From a virus, in the IMG/VR virus record IMGVR_UViG_3300033047_000016: DNA of 64,000 nucleotides; one strand, given 5' to 3'. How positions within the stretch are numbered: position 1 is the first letter of the stretch; each line of letters begins with the position of its first letter. The notes beneath the pieces are model-generated. The model was not told where the DNA came from. It searched no databases and worked only from the letters and a program-made list of their open reading frames with translations. This document shows positions 63,697 through 64,000 of this stretch, piece after piece. The position numbers and the translations under genes were made by a program.

Positions 63697-64000
63697 ATGA
63701 AGAAGACAATTTTCGCGGCATTGGTTTTTGCTGCACTTTCAATCGCACCAGCAAACGCAGGCAACCTCAGTGATGGCCTCGCCGATCCTGTTGTAACGAC
63801 ACCAACATGCACCCGGTGGTTTATTCACCCGAAGCTGTTTTCGTGGCAGGGGAAGTGTAAAGTTGGACACAACACGGCAACCACATCGAAATCTGGCGAA
63901 TCAGACGGATGGGTAACGGTGCCCGGCAACGGCAATCCCGGCAACGGCAATCCCGGCAACGGCAATCCCGGCAACGGCAATCCCGGCAACGGCAATCCCG
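63697..64000 (+). CDS. Exported protein with (GNGNP)n tandem repeat, truncated by window
   Basis: Signal peptide MKKTIFAALVFAALSIAPANA; 15-bp repeat CCCGGCAACGGCAAT from 63922. Confidence 0.75.
   Translation, partial: MKKTIFAALVFAALSIAPANAGNLSDGLADPVVTTPTCTRWFIHPKLFSWQGKCKVGHNTATTSKSGESDGWVTVPGNGNPGNGNPGNGNPGNGNPGNGNP

Noticed and set aside
1-64000. Genome-wide stop-codon recoding suggested by suppressor-like tRNAs
   Set aside because: Core genes (terL, portal, MCP, PhoH) are intact in the standard code, and TAG, TGA and TAA all end genes at sensible positions (e.g. DUF932 ends in TAG).
1-64000. Retron, DGR or integrase/transposon systems
   Set aside because: No reverse transcriptase, recombinase or transposase ORF recognised in this window.

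Overview
This is a 64-kb segment of a large tailed (siphovirus-type) phage, most similar in organisation to phiCbK-like phages. Its host is almost certainly an alphaproteobacterium, probably Rhodobacteraceae, judged from the two-piece permuted tmRNA, DUF1127, the Hint-domain protein, GANTC-containing promoters and GAAC-N7-GAAC boxes. Most genes are on the minus strand. 1-15.7 kb: head/neck morphogenesis (tail terminator, neck, adaptor, PhoH, a fibre-like cluster, minor and major capsid, scaffold, portal). 15.8-38.3 kb: a very large tRNA/ncRNA island with about 40 tRNAs, a permuted tmRNA, a GOLLD-like ~870-nt RNA containing a UCA tRNA-like domain, a second ~850-nt ORF-free structured region, several tRNA-mimics, Pth2, an RNase H-like protein, a nucleotidyltransferase and a DNA methyltransferase. 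~41.8-51.3 kb: a compositionally distinct early/terminal-repeat-like region of tiny genes behind repeated promoters. 53.4-59.7 kb: terminase, RuvC-like resolvase and HNH genes. After 60.4 kb: a divergent plus-strand operon. The most striking observations are: (i) four arrays holding 17 perfect alphaproteobacterial LexA boxes in the early region, placed like decoys rather than operators; (ii) early promoters that all carry a GANTC site in or just downstream of the -35 plus a shared 17-bp upstream motif; (iii) tRNA-like genes with all three stop-reading anticodons (CUA, UUA, UCA); (iv) a Met-Leu-amber minigene whose read-through would melt a hairpin that sequesters the next gene's ribosome-binding site, located directly behind the CUA tRNA. 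All annotations come from reading the sequence by eye; no database searches were run.
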